Shown: positions 31,563 through 41,673, counted from the first letter of the stretch. The stretch is 64,000 nt of DNA from Candidatus Saccharimonadia bacterium (GCA_036488585.1 DASXHH010000005.1:7147-71146); one strand, 5' to 3'. Translations and numbers: made by a program. The notes: generated by a model not told the origin, from the letters alone.

Positions 31563-32245
31563 CGATTCCTCAAGGCCGCCACCGTTGTGTATGTGCCCGT
31601 GTAAGGCTTGCCGTTAATGGTTCGAGTCTCAGTCACGGTGTAGTTCACTGCCTCTGTGTTGTTTGGCGAGCATGACGTGCACGGCGTGGTAGAGCCAGCC
31701 GTGAGGTAGCCGGTTGTCAGGTTGGCCACATCGTCCACCACGTCGGAGTCGGCCGGGCAACCGGCCGTGGCCGAGGCCGGCGGACAGGTGGTAACAGCGG
31801 CGTTGGTATAGCCATCGGGCAGTGTTGCAGCTAGTGTGCGCTTGTATAGCTTATGTGTCGTGCTATCCAAGTAGAAAATAACTTCATCCGTGTACACCGA
31901 CTGATGGAAGCCATCTATATACACAACATCGTTTGTGGCCGCATTATGCGATGGCACTGCCAAGATTAATGGCTTGCCCGTACCAGCCGCCCCACTCCAG
32001 CCACCGACTGGCGCGTTCGCGTCCTCGATCGCGTTGGTCGATTGCACGGATCGTGCCAGCCTAATCTGCCGCGCCACAATGCTCACGGCCTCCTTGGAGT
32101 TGGTGAGCACTAGCGTCTTGTTGTAGTCCTGGTTGCTGCCCAGCACACTATTGGTCGCGAAATCGCCGATCGACAGTACAAGTAGCGTCGACAGCGAAAT
32201 CGCCACTAGCATCTCAACTAAGGTGTAGCCGCCTTCCGATCTCAC
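31559..32245 (-). CDS. Minor pilin (PilW-like)
   Basis: GYTLVEML prepilin cleavage motif. Confidence 0.8.
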   Translation of the reverse strand: MRSEGGYTLVEMLVAISLSTLLVLSIGDFATNSVLGSNQDYNKTLVLTNSKEAVSIVARQIRLARSVQSTNAIEDANAPVGGWSGAAGTGKPLILAVPSHNAATNDVVYIDGFHQSVYTDEVIFYLDSTTHKLYKRTLAATLPDGYTNAAVTTCPPASATAGCPADSDVVDDVANLTTGYLTAGSTTPCTSCSPNNTEAVNYTVTETRTINGKPYTGTYTTVAALRNR

Positions 32246-32643
32246 CGGTTCAACCCCTTATTAGCAATCTGCGTCGAAAAGCTCACCGTCTTCGTGCCCG
32301 TGCGGTCCTTATAGCTCACTGTCACATCCACCTGATCGACGCCACTCGCACCAGGTTGGCTAATAGTTGCCGTAGCGCTGCGTGGGCCCAGCAGGCTGGG
32401 GTAGGGCGTCAAATACGACGAATAGTCTACCGTTCCGAGCGTGAGGCTTGAAAACGGCGTGTTGCGGTACTGCTCCATGATCTGTTGCGCCACCTGCGTC
32501 GCAATCGTGTAGTTGTTAGCGGCGCGGTTAATCTGCCGCAGCCCCGTAAACAAATCCGTCATAGACACGATCACTACGCCCACGAACGCCATTGCCACAA
32601 TAAGCTCCATAATCGTAAAGCCTGCTTGGCTGTTCCTGGTCAT
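32242..32643 (-). CDS. Minor pilin (PilV-like)
   Basis: GFTIMELI prepilin motif. Confidence 0.8.
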   Translation of the reverse strand: MTRNSQAGFTIMELIVAMAFVGVVIVSMTDLFTGLRQINRAANNYTIATQVAQQIMEQYRNTPFSSLTLGTVDYSSYLTPYPSLLGPRSATATISQPGASGVDQVDVTVSYKDRTGTKTVSFSTQIANKGLNR

Positions 32644-32720
32644 GCTTCTATTATACCGCTTACGCTCCCCTAACCAAAAAGGGACCCTTGCGGGCCCCTC
32701 TTGTTGCTAATTCCCGGAAA

Positions 32721-33194
32721 TTAGTTGCCGTTCACGAGAATGAACGATCGGGTGGTACAGCCAGTCGGCGCACCAGCGGCGTCTTTGACGTCAGTGCTCG
32801 CACCGTTGTCCTGGTCGTTCTCAAGACAGGAACTCAGAGTGTAAGTGCTGTTCGAGTTGCCCGGCGTGTAGGTGTAACCCGGCCAGCCAGACTTCGGATC
32901 CTGTGGGAGGGTCTTCATGATTGGGGCAGCCCCGGTACTCAGCTCTGCTAACACAGAGCCCCCTGTCGTGATAACACCAGAACTAGACGGGTACACGTTG
33001 TTGTTCACGAAGTACTCTTCCAGACCCTTACGGATGGTCGTGATGTCGGTCTTACGCTTGGTGTCGCGAGCCTTCTTCGGAGCCGAAGTGATGTTAGGGA
33101 TGATCAAGAGCGCTAAGATAGCGATGATCACGATAACGATCAAAAGCTCGAGGAGCGTAAAGCCTTCCTGCTTTTTTAATGATTTTAGAGACAC
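32721..33194 (-). CDS. Probable major type IV pilin (GspG/PilA-like)
   Basis: GFTLLELLIVIVII, KARDTKRKTD and LPQDP motifs; strong SD AAGGAGGTGA; own terminator at ~32677-32703. Confidence 0.85.
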   Translation of the reverse strand: MSLKSLKKQEGFTLLELLIVIVIIAILALLIIPNITSAPKKARDTKRKTDITTIRKGLEEYFVNNNVYPSSSGVITTGGSVLAELSTGAAPIMKTLPQDPKSGWPGYTYTPGNSNSTYTLSSCLENDQDNGASTDVKDAAGAPTGCTTRSFILVNGN

Positions 33195-33393
33195 GAGTGC
33201 TCACCTCCTTAAAATTTGTGGATGAATAAAGCGGATAAGCTCTATTTAGGCCCAGCATAAAGCGCTTACGGTTAAATGTCAATCCACCAGATTACTTTGC
33301 CGGTCCGCCGCTTGTTCTCGTAATTAAACCCACTGATACCACCGGGCCCAATGCCTTATGCTCGCGTTGGTGTAGCTAAAAGGAGGGATAACT

Positions 33394-34272
33394 ATGCACA
33401 AACTTTTCGTCCGTCTGGTCGCAAGCGGCCTGTTGGCGGGCAGCCTGGGGGCGACAGCCCTTGCCGACGGGTCTAGCATTGAGCTGACCGGACCCGGTTC
33501 GACGAATGTGGTTACCAGCAGCAACTCAAACAGTGCTCAGTTTCGGCTGAACAACCGGGTAGCTCTTGGTAACTTCAACCATCAATTCGCCCAAACGGGC
33601 GGCGTCTTTGTGTGCGGCAACACGGTCGTACACGGTTCAGGCCTGGGCAGCGGCTCGGCCTTCAACTCTAACAGCGGGCGTAACAACGTGATGCTCGAAA
33701 ACAGCGGTGGCATGACGCCGTTCGGGTTCCTTGGCGGCGGTTCCGGCGGAGGCGGCACCATCTTCTTGACCGGTCCCCACTCAGCCAACGTGATTAGCTC
33801 GAGCAATTCGAACCGCTTTAGTTCAACCACCACTAACAATGTGCGGGCCAACAACTCCAGCACCCAGACTGCGCGCAGCGGCGGTGTGCTGGTTACTGGC
33901 AACACGTTGGTCACCGGCGTAGGTGGTAGCGGCAACGCGGCCAACTTCAACTCCGGCACCAACACCGTGGGTATCTCCAACAGCTCACCATCGTGGAATG
34001 GTAGCAGCTGGGGTTCGAGCGGCGGCGGTGGCGGCGGTGGCTCCATCTCGACCACCGGTCCTGGCTCGTTCAACCTCATCCGCTCGAACAACTCCAGCCG
34101 GTCTACTCAGTCCACCACAAACAACGTGACCGCCACCAACACCAACCGGCAATCCGCCTCGAGCGGCCCGGTCGTTATTAGTGGCAACACGGTGGTGAGT
34201 GGCGTAGGCGGTAGCGGCGACGCTACCAACGAGAACATGGGCCAAAACGACGTCAGAATCAACAACAACTAA
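33394..34272 (+). CDS. Secreted Asn/Gly/Ser/Thr-rich protein with three ~74-aa imperfect repeats
   Basis: Signal peptide (ALA|D), SD AAGGAGGG, three repeats joined by poly-Gly linkers. Confidence 0.85.
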   Translation: MHKLFVRLVASGLLAGSLGATALADGSSIELTGPGSTNVVTSSNSNSAQFRLNNRVALGNFNHQFAQTGGVFVCGNTVVHGSGLGSGSAFNSNSGRNNVMLENSGGMTPFGFLGGGSGGGGTIFLTGPHSANVISSSNSNRFSSTTTNNVRANNSSTQTARSGGVLVTGNTLVTGVGGSGNAANFNSGTNTVGISNSSPSWNGSSWGSSGGGGGGGSISTTGPGSFNLIRSNNSSRSTQSTTNNVTATNTNRQSASSGPVVISGNTVVSGVGGSGDATNENMGQNDVRINNN

Positions 34273-34310
34273 CACCAACTAACACCAACACACACTAAGG
34301 CTGCCAACCA

Positions 34311-34343
34311 AAAAACCCGCCCCGGACCCGGAGCGGGTTTTTT
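34311..34343. terminator. Bidirectional intrinsic terminator
   Basis: AAAAAACCCGC...GCGGGTTTTTT between convergent genes. Confidence 0.8.
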
Positions 34344-34363
34344 AAGTGCGCGGCGCAGCTAGG

Positions 34364-35593
34364 TTACACGTGGTTGCCGATGTCGGAGATCGGCCCAAAT
34401 ACTGAAATCACGATAAAGCCCACCATTCCGCCCAGCACCATGATCAAAATCGGCTCAATGATCGACGTAATACCCGCCACTACGTTATCCACCTCCTTCT
34501 CGTAAAAGTCGGCTAGCTTCAATAGAATTTCGTCCACCTTGCCGGTCTCTTCGCCCACCGCCAGCATTTGGCCCACAATGGCCGGGAAGTATTCCGAGTT
34601 CTTAATTTGTTCACTCATCGGTTTGCCATTTTTCACCTTCTCGGCCACAATTGCCAGCTCATCTTGGTACACCGTGGAACTCAGCGCCGACTTGGTGGCA
34701 TTAATTGCGTCCAGCACCGAAATCCCCGATGCCATCAGAGACCCAAAGGTCCGCGCAAACCGCGCCACATTCACCTTCATAATGATTGGTCCAAAAATCG
34801 GCGCCTTCAGCATCAGTTTGTCCACCACGCGGCGGCCACCCGGTGTGTTGTGCCAGCGCACGTACAGGATGCCCGCTACTACCACGCCCCCAATCATCAT
34901 CCACCAGTACGACACCAGGAATTTGGAAATCGCCAGCAAGATCTTGGTATAAATCGGCAAATCGGCGCCGGCATCCTGAAAAATACTCGACAGCTTTGGC
35001 ACAATCACGGTCATTAGAAAGAAGAACGCACCCACTGTGGCGGTGGTGATGACGCCCGGATAAATCATGGCGCCCTTAACCTTACTCACGATCTCAGCGT
35101 CTTTTTCCTGCTGAATGGCCAGGCGGTCGAGCACTTGGTCTAGCAAACCACCCGTTTCACCGGCCCGGACCATGTTTACGTAGACGTTGTCGAACACGTC
35201 CGGGTGCGAAGCCATGGCATTGGCCAATGTGGCGCCACCGGTCACCTGCTTGCTCAGGTCGGCCACCGCCGCCTTCAATTTTGGTGATTCGGACTGCTGC
35301 TGCAAAATGTTTAGAGACTGGGCGATCGGTACGCCGGCGTTAATCATGGTGGAAAACTGTTGGCTGAAAATCACTTTGTCTTCAAGCTTAACCCTCGTCA
35401 AGGCGTTCAACTTGCCCATAAGCCCGCCTTTGGCGGCCCCGCCCTTACTTGGCTGCAGATTTTCCTTCACCAAAATCGGCGTCAGGCCCTTCGACTGCAA
35501 GGCCGCGGCCGCACCAGCTCGGTCGGGTGCAAACATTGAGCCCTTTTGGATCACACCAGATTTATCACGCGCGCTGTAGCTAAATTGCCCCAT
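34364..35593 (-). CDS. pilC: Type IV pilus platform protein PilC (GspF family)
   Basis: AGETGG.LD, AMIYP, VGEETG and IIEPILI motifs. Confidence 0.92.
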   Translation of the reverse strand: MGQFSYSARDKSGVIQKGSMFAPDRAGAAAALQSKGLTPILVKENLQPSKGGAAKGGLMGKLNALTRVKLEDKVIFSQQFSTMINAGVPIAQSLNILQQQSESPKLKAAVADLSKQVTGGATLANAMASHPDVFDNVYVNMVRAGETGGLLDQVLDRLAIQQEKDAEIVSKVKGAMIYPGVITTATVGAFFFLMTVIVPKLSSIFQDAGADLPIYTKILLAISKFLVSYWWMMIGGVVVAGILYVRWHNTPGGRRVVDKLMLKAPIFGPIIMKVNVARFARTFGSLMASGISVLDAINATKSALSSTVYQDELAIVAEKVKNGKPMSEQIKNSEYFPAIVGQMLAVGEETGKVDEILLKLADFYEKEVDNVVAGITSIIEPILIMVLGGMVGFIVISVFGPISDIGNHV

Positions 35594-35605
35594 ACTCTTA
35601 AAAAC

Positions 35606-37645
35606 CTATTCCCTGGTTACCCGTAGCACTTCTTCCACTGTGGTCTTGCCCATCAGTGCCTTCACGAAACCGTCTTGCTGCATCGTGAGCATGCCCGCTC
35701 GCACCGCTGATAGCTGGATGTCCTCGGCGGTGGCATGGCCCACGATCATCTTCTGGATCGGGTCGTCCACCTCCAGCACCTCGTAGATGCCCATGCGCCC
35801 CATAAATCCGGCGCCGCCACAGGTCTCGCAGCCGGGGCCTGACTTGTACAAAATAAACTGGCCGGCCTTCAGGTCCTTTGGATCAACTGTCGGCTGCGCC
35901 TTGGGTGCCGGGGCGGGTATGGCCGGAGCAACCTGCGGGATCGGAACAGTCAGTGTCACTTGCGTGCCCGTCTCCTCGCTCAGCTTCTTGCTGGCATCGG
36001 CGGCGCTGCGGTTGATGATGTTCGGGTCCGCCGCGATCTTGTCCAATATGCTCTTGGCCGTGTCAATGTCGTGCTCGGGGTTGATTACTTTACCTTTCTT
36101 GCGCTCCGTAGGCACTATCGCCTCGGGGGGTGCCTCTGGAACCGGGGTTGTCACCGGCGCATCGGGCTTGGCCGGCACAGGTTCGGGCTGGCCCTTCATG
36201 TCGTTAAACCGCTTCAGCGCCGTATCGAGCTGGAAGTCGCGCTTAATATTGGTTAGCTCCACGCCTTCGGGCACGTAAGTCAGCCGGCAGGTGGGGCACA
36301 GGCGCCGAACCAAGCGTTGTCCAATTACGGTGTTCACGGTACTTGCAATCAGGAATGGCTCGATGCCCATATCGAGCAAACGGGGGAGAGTGGTGGCTGC
36401 GTTGGTGGTGTGCAATGTGCTCAAAACCACGTGTCCGGTCAGCGCTGCCTGCACCGCCAGGTCGGCTGTTTCACCATCGCGGATCTCACCTACCATGATG
36501 ATGTTTGGGTCTTGCCGAAGCAGCGCCCGCAGCCCGCTCGCGAACGTCATACCAGCCTTCGGATTCACCTGCGTCTGGTTTACGCCCACCACGCGGTACT
36601 CCACCGGATCTTCAACGGTAGAAATGTTTACGCCCGCCGTGTTCATCATGCTCAAAACCGAATACAAAGTGGTCGATTTTCCGGACCCCGTCGGTCCCGT
36701 CACCAGCGTCATGCCGTGCGGTTTGTGCAGGTTACGCACAATCGTCTCCAGCGAATGTCCCGAAAATCCGAGCTCGTCCAGAGTGAGCGCCCGCGTCGAC
36801 TCGTCAAGAATACGCATTACTACCTTCTCGCCGTCCATAATCGGCAGGGTCGACACGCGCAACGCCACCGACTTAGAACCAATCGTAAACTTAAACCGGC
36901 CGTCTTGGGGCACTCGGTGCTCGTCGATTTTTAGGTTAGCCAAAATTTTAATGCGCGACACCACCGCCGCCAGAATTGGCTTTGGCAGTGTCATCGTCTC
37001 GCGCAACACGCCATCGATGCGGTATCGGACCTGCACTATGTTTTCGCGTGGCTCAATGTGAATGTCCGAGGCTCGCGACTTCACCGCATATTCCAAAACC
37101 ACATTTACCGTCTTGGCGATTGGTGCATCTTCGGCCAGATCTTTGGCCGACACCTTCTCCTCGGCCGCCGCGTCCGCGCTCGAATCCTTAATGGCTTTAG
37201 TGATCTCGCTCGAGATCTCGCCCTTGTATTGGTCGAGCGCCGTCAGAATATCGCTCGGCGTGGCCATATAAATCTTGAGCTTCCCACCGACCTGCTTGGT
37301 GATGAAGTCCGCTGCCTGGAAGTCATCCGGGTCGGCCATCGCTAGCTGCAGCTGTGCCTCTTCGGTACCAAACAGCACCGCCTGGTACTTGCGCGCAATT
37401 CGCTCCGGAATTTTTAGCAGAATCTCGCGCGGGATCTTAACATTTGCCAGCTCCACTAGCGGCACGTCAATACTCTTGGCGTACAGTTTCACCAGGTCCT
37501 TTTCGGACACCAGCTTCTTCTTCAAAACGATCTGTTGCAGCGGCTCCTTCTCGCCCTCTTTGGGAATGGCATCATTCAGGGCCTGCTCCTTCACCAACCC
37601 CGAATCAAGCAACAGCTTCTTTAGCTCAGCATCAGATATGCGCAT
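35606..37645 (-). CDS. pilB: Type IV pilus assembly ATPase PilB (GspE family)
   Basis: ASDIHIEP, GPTGSGKSTT, LRQDPNIIMVGEIRD and TGH..LSTLH motifs. Confidence 0.93.
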   Translation of the reverse strand: MRISDAELKKLLLDSGLVKEQALNDAIPKEGEKEPLQQIVLKKKLVSEKDLVKLYAKSIDVPLVELANVKIPREILLKIPERIARKYQAVLFGTEEAQLQLAMADPDDFQAADFITKQVGGKLKIYMATPSDILTALDQYKGEISSEITKAIKDSSADAAAEEKVSAKDLAEDAPIAKTVNVVLEYAVKSRASDIHIEPRENIVQVRYRIDGVLRETMTLPKPILAAVVSRIKILANLKIDEHRVPQDGRFKFTIGSKSVALRVSTLPIMDGEKVVMRILDESTRALTLDELGFSGHSLETIVRNLHKPHGMTLVTGPTGSGKSTTLYSVLSMMNTAGVNISTVEDPVEYRVVGVNQTQVNPKAGMTFASGLRALLRQDPNIIMVGEIRDGETADLAVQAALTGHVVLSTLHTTNAATTLPRLLDMGIEPFLIASTVNTVIGQRLVRRLCPTCRLTYVPEGVELTNIKRDFQLDTALKRFNDMKGQPEPVPAKPDAPVTTPVPEAPPEAIVPTERKKGKVINPEHDIDTAKSILDKIAADPNIINRSAADASKKLSEETGTQVTLTVPIPQVAPAIPAPAPKAQPTVDPKDLKAGQFILYKSGPGCETCGGAGFMGRMGIYEVLEVDDPIQKMIVGHATAEDIQLSAVRAGMLTMQQDGFVKALMGKTTVEEVLRVTRE

Positions 37646-37767
37646 AATTACCAATATTTTAGCATAAGCAAATTGGCTTTTATTATTACTTTCTAGTGCC
37701 TACTTGCGAAAGTTGTGATACCTCTAATGCTTAAGGTAACCTTATATCAAAGCGCAGGGCTCCTAAT

Positions 37768-39075
37768 ATAAACGACAAAGAACTCATTCAACACGCACGC
37801 GCCACCCTGGCCAGCAACGACCTGGGTGGTTGGACGCGCCCCGCGCCCGGCCTCTACCCGCACCAGTGGTTCTGGGATTCTTGCTTTGTGGCCATCGGCC
37901 TCGCCCATGTCGACCCAGACCGCGCCGCTCGTGAATTGCTCAGCCTCATGCACGGTCAGTGGGACAACGGCATGATGCCTCATATGATCTATAGTTCCAA
38001 ATGGCCTTACCGGCTCGAATCCTGGCTCTGGGGTACGGGCGGCCTAGCGCCACACACCGCCAAGACCTCCGGCATCACCCAGCCGCCGATGCTAGCCATC
38101 GCCGTCGAACGCGTTGCCCGCGCGCTGCCACCCCGCGAGGCCACCATTTTTATCCAAACCATCTTGCCTGCCATTATCCGCTTCCACGAGTGGATTTATC
38201 GTGAGCGTGACCCCGAGAATTCGGGCCTCGCCGCTGTGCTTCACTCCTGGGAATGTGGCATGGACGACACCCCCTACTGGACCGAGGCCATGAAGCACTT
38301 GCCGCCTACACCTCTGCGCTGGCGTTGGCTGCGCGAATACCGCCCCGTCCGGCCAGATGAGCGCGCCACGCCCACAGACCTTCAGCACATGCTTGCCCTG
38401 GCCTATCTACTCAAGAACAATCATTTCGACAGCGCACGCGTGATGCGTCAGTCCAAGGTGGTGCTGTCCGATATCCTATTCAACAGCGTCCTGGCCGCCG
38501 CCAACGAATCACTCGAGCGTCTTGCCGAAACGATCGACCAACCGGTGCCCACAGAGCTCCGCGCCCGGTTCGCGCCCACCCGCCGCGCCCTCGAGCAACT
38601 CTGGGACCCCGAGCTCGGCCAATACTTCACCCGCAACTATCACACCGGCCGCCTACTGCGCACGCCCACCGTCGCTACCTTCCTGCCGCTCTTCGCCGGC
38701 ACCGCCGCGCCCTCCCGCGCCGAGCATTTGCGCAAGTTGCTCACCGAAAACCAAGGCTACAACAATGTGCCATTCCCGCTACCCTCCGTGCCCCGCGGCA
38801 GTCGCCACTTCGAGCCCAAACGTTATTGGCGCGGCCCCACCTGGATTAGCCTCAACTGGTTCGTTATCCTCGGTCTCGAGCGATACGGCTTTACTGAAGA
38901 GGCTGAATGGTTGCGACTCCATACCCTCGGCCTAGTCCAGCGCTCTGGTTTCCGCGAGTACTACAACCCGCTCACTGGCGATGGCCTCGGCGCCGCCGAA
39001 TTCTCCTGGAGCGCGGCCCTCACCCTCGATCTCCTCGCCGGCCGATCCGACCGCGAACTCGATTACGAACAATAA
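37768..39075 (+). CDS. GH63/MGH1-like glycoside hydrolase; no canonical start codon before the conserved N-terminus
   Basis: In-frame YPHQWFWDS upstream of GTG 37888; SGITQPP, HSWECGMDD, YWRGPTW and FSWSAAL motifs. Confidence 0.85.
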   Translation: MNDKELIQHARATLASNDLGGWTRPAPGLYPHQWFWDSCFVAIGLAHVDPDRAARELLSLMHGQWDNGMMPHMIYSSKWPYRLESWLWGTGGLAPHTAKTSGITQPPMLAIAVERVARALPPREATIFIQTILPAIIRFHEWIYRERDPENSGLAAVLHSWECGMDDTPYWTEAMKHLPPTPLRWRWLREYRPVRPDERATPTDLQHMLALAYLLKNNHFDSARVMRQSKVVLSDILFNSVLAAANESLERLAETIDQPVPTELRARFAPTRRALEQLWDPELGQYFTRNYHTGRLLRTPTVATFLPLFAGTAAPSRAEHLRKLLTENQGYNNVPFPLPSVPRGSRHFEPKRYWRGPTWISLNWFVILGLERYGFTEEAEWLRLHTLGLVQRSGFREYYNPLTGDGLGAAEFSWSAALTLDLLAGRSDRELDYEQ

Positions 39076-39182
39076 ATTATGCTCATGCTCGCTCTCATCC
39101 GGGCAGTAGTCCCCCGGCGGCTACTGGTTGCTCTTTGCCTTAGCCGGCCTTACCATTGCATACGTTATCTATGAATTCCGCT

Positions 39183-39644
39183 ATGAATTACGAAATTTCT
39201 ACTACTAACTCCGAGGCTACCCAGGCGCTCGCGACCAAGCTGGCGAAGCATCTGAAAGGCGGCGAAGTGATCGAGCTAGCGAGCGACCTCGGCGGTGGCA
39301 AGACCACCTTCGTACAAGGTTTAGCTCGTGGTCTTGGCTACCACGGCGACGTCACCAGTCCCACGTTCACGCTCAGCCAGATTTATAAACTGCCTTCGCT
39401 TGAGATCCACCACTACGACCTTTACCGGCTTGGTGAGACTGGAGTGGTCGGCGACGAGCTCACCGAAGACCTGCACGATCCCTTTGTTGTAACTGTCATC
39501 GAGTGGGGCGGGATTATGGAGGCTCACCTGCCCAAAGACCGCTTGCGCATCAGCTTCGAGGTTACCGGCGACAACGACCGCCGCCTCACCTTCACCGCCG
39601 GCGGTCCGGTCTCAGAGCATCTCCTAAAGGAGCTAAAATCATGA
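39183..39644 (+). CDS. tsaE: tRNA threonylcarbamoyladenosine biosynthesis ATPase TsaE (start may be 39171)
   Basis: DLGGGKTT, VTSPTF, HYDLYR and IEW motifs. Confidence 0.93.
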   Translation: MNYEISTTNSEATQALATKLAKHLKGGEVIELASDLGGGKTTFVQGLARGLGYHGDVTSPTFTLSQIYKLPSLEIHHYDLYRLGETGVVGDELTEDLHDPFVVTVIEWGGIMEAHLPKDRLRISFEVTGDNDRRLTFTAGGPVSEHLLKELKS

Positions 39645-40030
39645 TTCTCGCCATCAAAACCGCCGGACAAGACACCGAATTGTACTTGGCCACTGCCGAC
39701 GGGCAAATCAAACGCCAGTTGCAGTGGGAGAGTCGACGCGAACTGGCCGACAAGCTGCTCATCAAAATCAACAAGCTACTCGCCCAGGCCGACCTCAAGA
39801 CCACCGACCTCGAAGGCATCGCAGTGTTTAGCGGGCCGGGGTCGTTCACGTCCCTGCGCATCGGTCACACCGTAGCCAATGCCCTCGCCGATGGCCTCGG
39901 CGTAGCAGTGGTGGGCACAATGGGGGAGGACTGGCTCAAGCAGGGCGCCACCCAGGCTGCTGGCCAGCCATCCGGCCCAGCCCTCCCACATTACGGATCC
40001 GAAGCCCATATCACCAAGCCCAAATCTTGA
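39641..40030 (+). CDS. tsaB: TsaB (short, N-terminal domain only)
   Basis: MILAIKT and GPGSFTSLRIG motifs; ATGA overlap with tsaE. Confidence 0.88.
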   Translation: MILAIKTAGQDTELYLATADGQIKRQLQWESRRELADKLLIKINKLLAQADLKTTDLEGIAVFSGPGSFTSLRIGHTVANALADGLGVAVVGTMGEDWLKQGATQAAGQPSGPALPHYGSEAHITKPKS

Positions 40031-40158
40031 CCGTCAGCGGTATCTCACGTTTAATAAGATTGTTCACTTTCTATTACATCTGACAACTGCCCCACGAGCT
40101 ATCTGTACAACTTGTATCCCCGTACCGCTCGCTCGGCCGGGCACTGAGGCCAATCTTC

Positions 40159-41673
40159 ATGCTACTTACCATTATTGGTGCCATCCTCGTCGGAGGAGCG
40201 GCAGGTTTCTCATATAACATTTACCAAACCAAGCGCCGGGCCAAGTCCGCCCAAGACCAGGCCGGCAAAATTCTCGACGAGGCCCGGGCCGAGGCCAAAA
40301 AAATCGCTGTCGATGCCAAATCCGATGCCCTCAAATTGGCCGAGGACGCTAAGCGCGACGAAAAAGAGCGTCGCAACGCCTTAAACCAGACCGAGCAGCA
40401 ACTCCTACAGCGCCAAGCTAACCTCGATCAAAAGCTCGAAGAGCTCGATAAGCGCTCCGAGAAACTGCGCAAATATGAGGCCGAACTCGACACCCTCAAA
40501 GAGGACCTGCGCGCTATTCGCACCAAGCAGCAGGAAAATCTCGAGAAAATCGCTCGCCTCAGCCGCGAGGAAGCCCGCGACAAACTGCTCAAAATGACCG
40601 AACGCGACATTAAGGGTGATCTTGTTAAGCTGATCGAAAAAATGCAGGCCGAGGCCAAAGAGGACGCCGAAAACCGCGCCCAGATGGTCATAGTCTCATC
40701 CATGGAGCGCATGGCCTCCGACCAAACCGCCGAGCGTACCATCACCACCGTTCCGCTACCCTCAGACGAGCTCAAGGGCCGCGTTATCGGCAAGGAGGGC
40801 CGCAACATCCAGTCCCTGGAGCGCGCCACCGGCGTCGACGTCATTATCGACGAGACCCCCGGTGCCATTGTGCTAAGCTCCTTTGATCCCATGCGCCGCC
40901 AAGTCGCCCGCGTTGCGCTCGAAAAGTTGTTATCAGATGGCCGCATCCACCCCGCTCGCATCGAGGAAGTTGTGACCAAGGCCAAGTCCGAGGTCGACCG
41001 CATGGTGAAGGAAGCGGGGGAGAAGGCCCTCAAGGAAACCGGCGTGGTCGGCGTGCCACCGGAGCTCGTTCGCCTGCTTGGCCAGCTCAAGTTCCGTACC
41101 TCCTACAGCCAAAACGTGCTCAAGCATTCGGTTGAAATGGCCAACCTGGCCGGTATGATCGCCGGTGATATCGGCGCCGACGTCCGTATCGCCAAAACTG
41201 CTACCCTGCTGCACGACATCGGTAAGGCCGTCACGCACGAAATCGAGGGGGGGCACCACCACATTGGCGCCGATCTGGCCCAAAAGTACGGCATGGAAGA
41301 GGCCATCGTACACGCTATCAAGGCGCACCACGACGATGTAGAAGCTACAACGCCAGAAGCCGTCGTGGTCCGCGTTTGCGATGCCCTATCCGCCGGCCGG
41401 CCCGGTGCTCGCGGGGACACCCTCGAAAACTACTCCAAACGCATGACTGAGCTCGAGAACCTCGCCAACTCCTTCCCGGGCGTCGAGAAATCCTACGCCA
41501 TTTCGGCCGGTCGTGAGATCCGCATTATCGTCGAGCCCGAGCGCATCGACGACCTCCAAGCCATCAAGATGGCCAGAGATATCTCTACCAAGGTTGAAGC
41601 CACCCTCAAGTACCCCGGCGTCATTAAGGTCAACGTCATCCGCGAAACCCGGGCCGTCGAATACGCCAAATAG
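40159..41673 (+). CDS. rny: Ribonuclease Y
   Basis: N-terminal TM, coiled coil, KH domain (KGRVIGKEGRNI), HD domain (LLHDIGK). Confidence 0.97.
   Translation: MLLTIIGAILVGGAAGFSYNIYQTKRRAKSAQDQAGKILDEARAEAKKIAVDAKSDALKLAEDAKRDEKERRNALNQTEQQLLQRQANLDQKLEELDKRSEKLRKYEAELDTLKEDLRAIRTKQQENLEKIARLSREEARDKLLKMTERDIKGDLVKLIEKMQAEAKEDAENRAQMVIVSSMERMASDQTAERTITTVPLPSDELKGRVIGKEGRNIQSLERATGVDVIIDETPGAIVLSSFDPMRRQVARVALEKLLSDGRIHPARIEEVVTKAKSEVDRMVKEAGEKALKETGVVGVPPELVRLLGQLKFRTSYSQNVLKHSVEMANLAGMIAGDIGADVRIAKTATLLHDIGKAVTHEIEGGHHHIGADLAQKYGMEEAIVHAIKAHHDDVEATTPEAVVVRVCDALSAGRPGARGDTLENYSKRMTELENLANSFPGVEKSYAISAGREIRIIVEPERIDDLQAIKMARDISTKVEATLKYPGVIKVNVIRETRAVEYAK

Noticed and set aside
34267-34296. 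Tandem AACTAACACC repeat after the repeat-protein stop codon
   Set aside because: Two copies only; probably local slippage.
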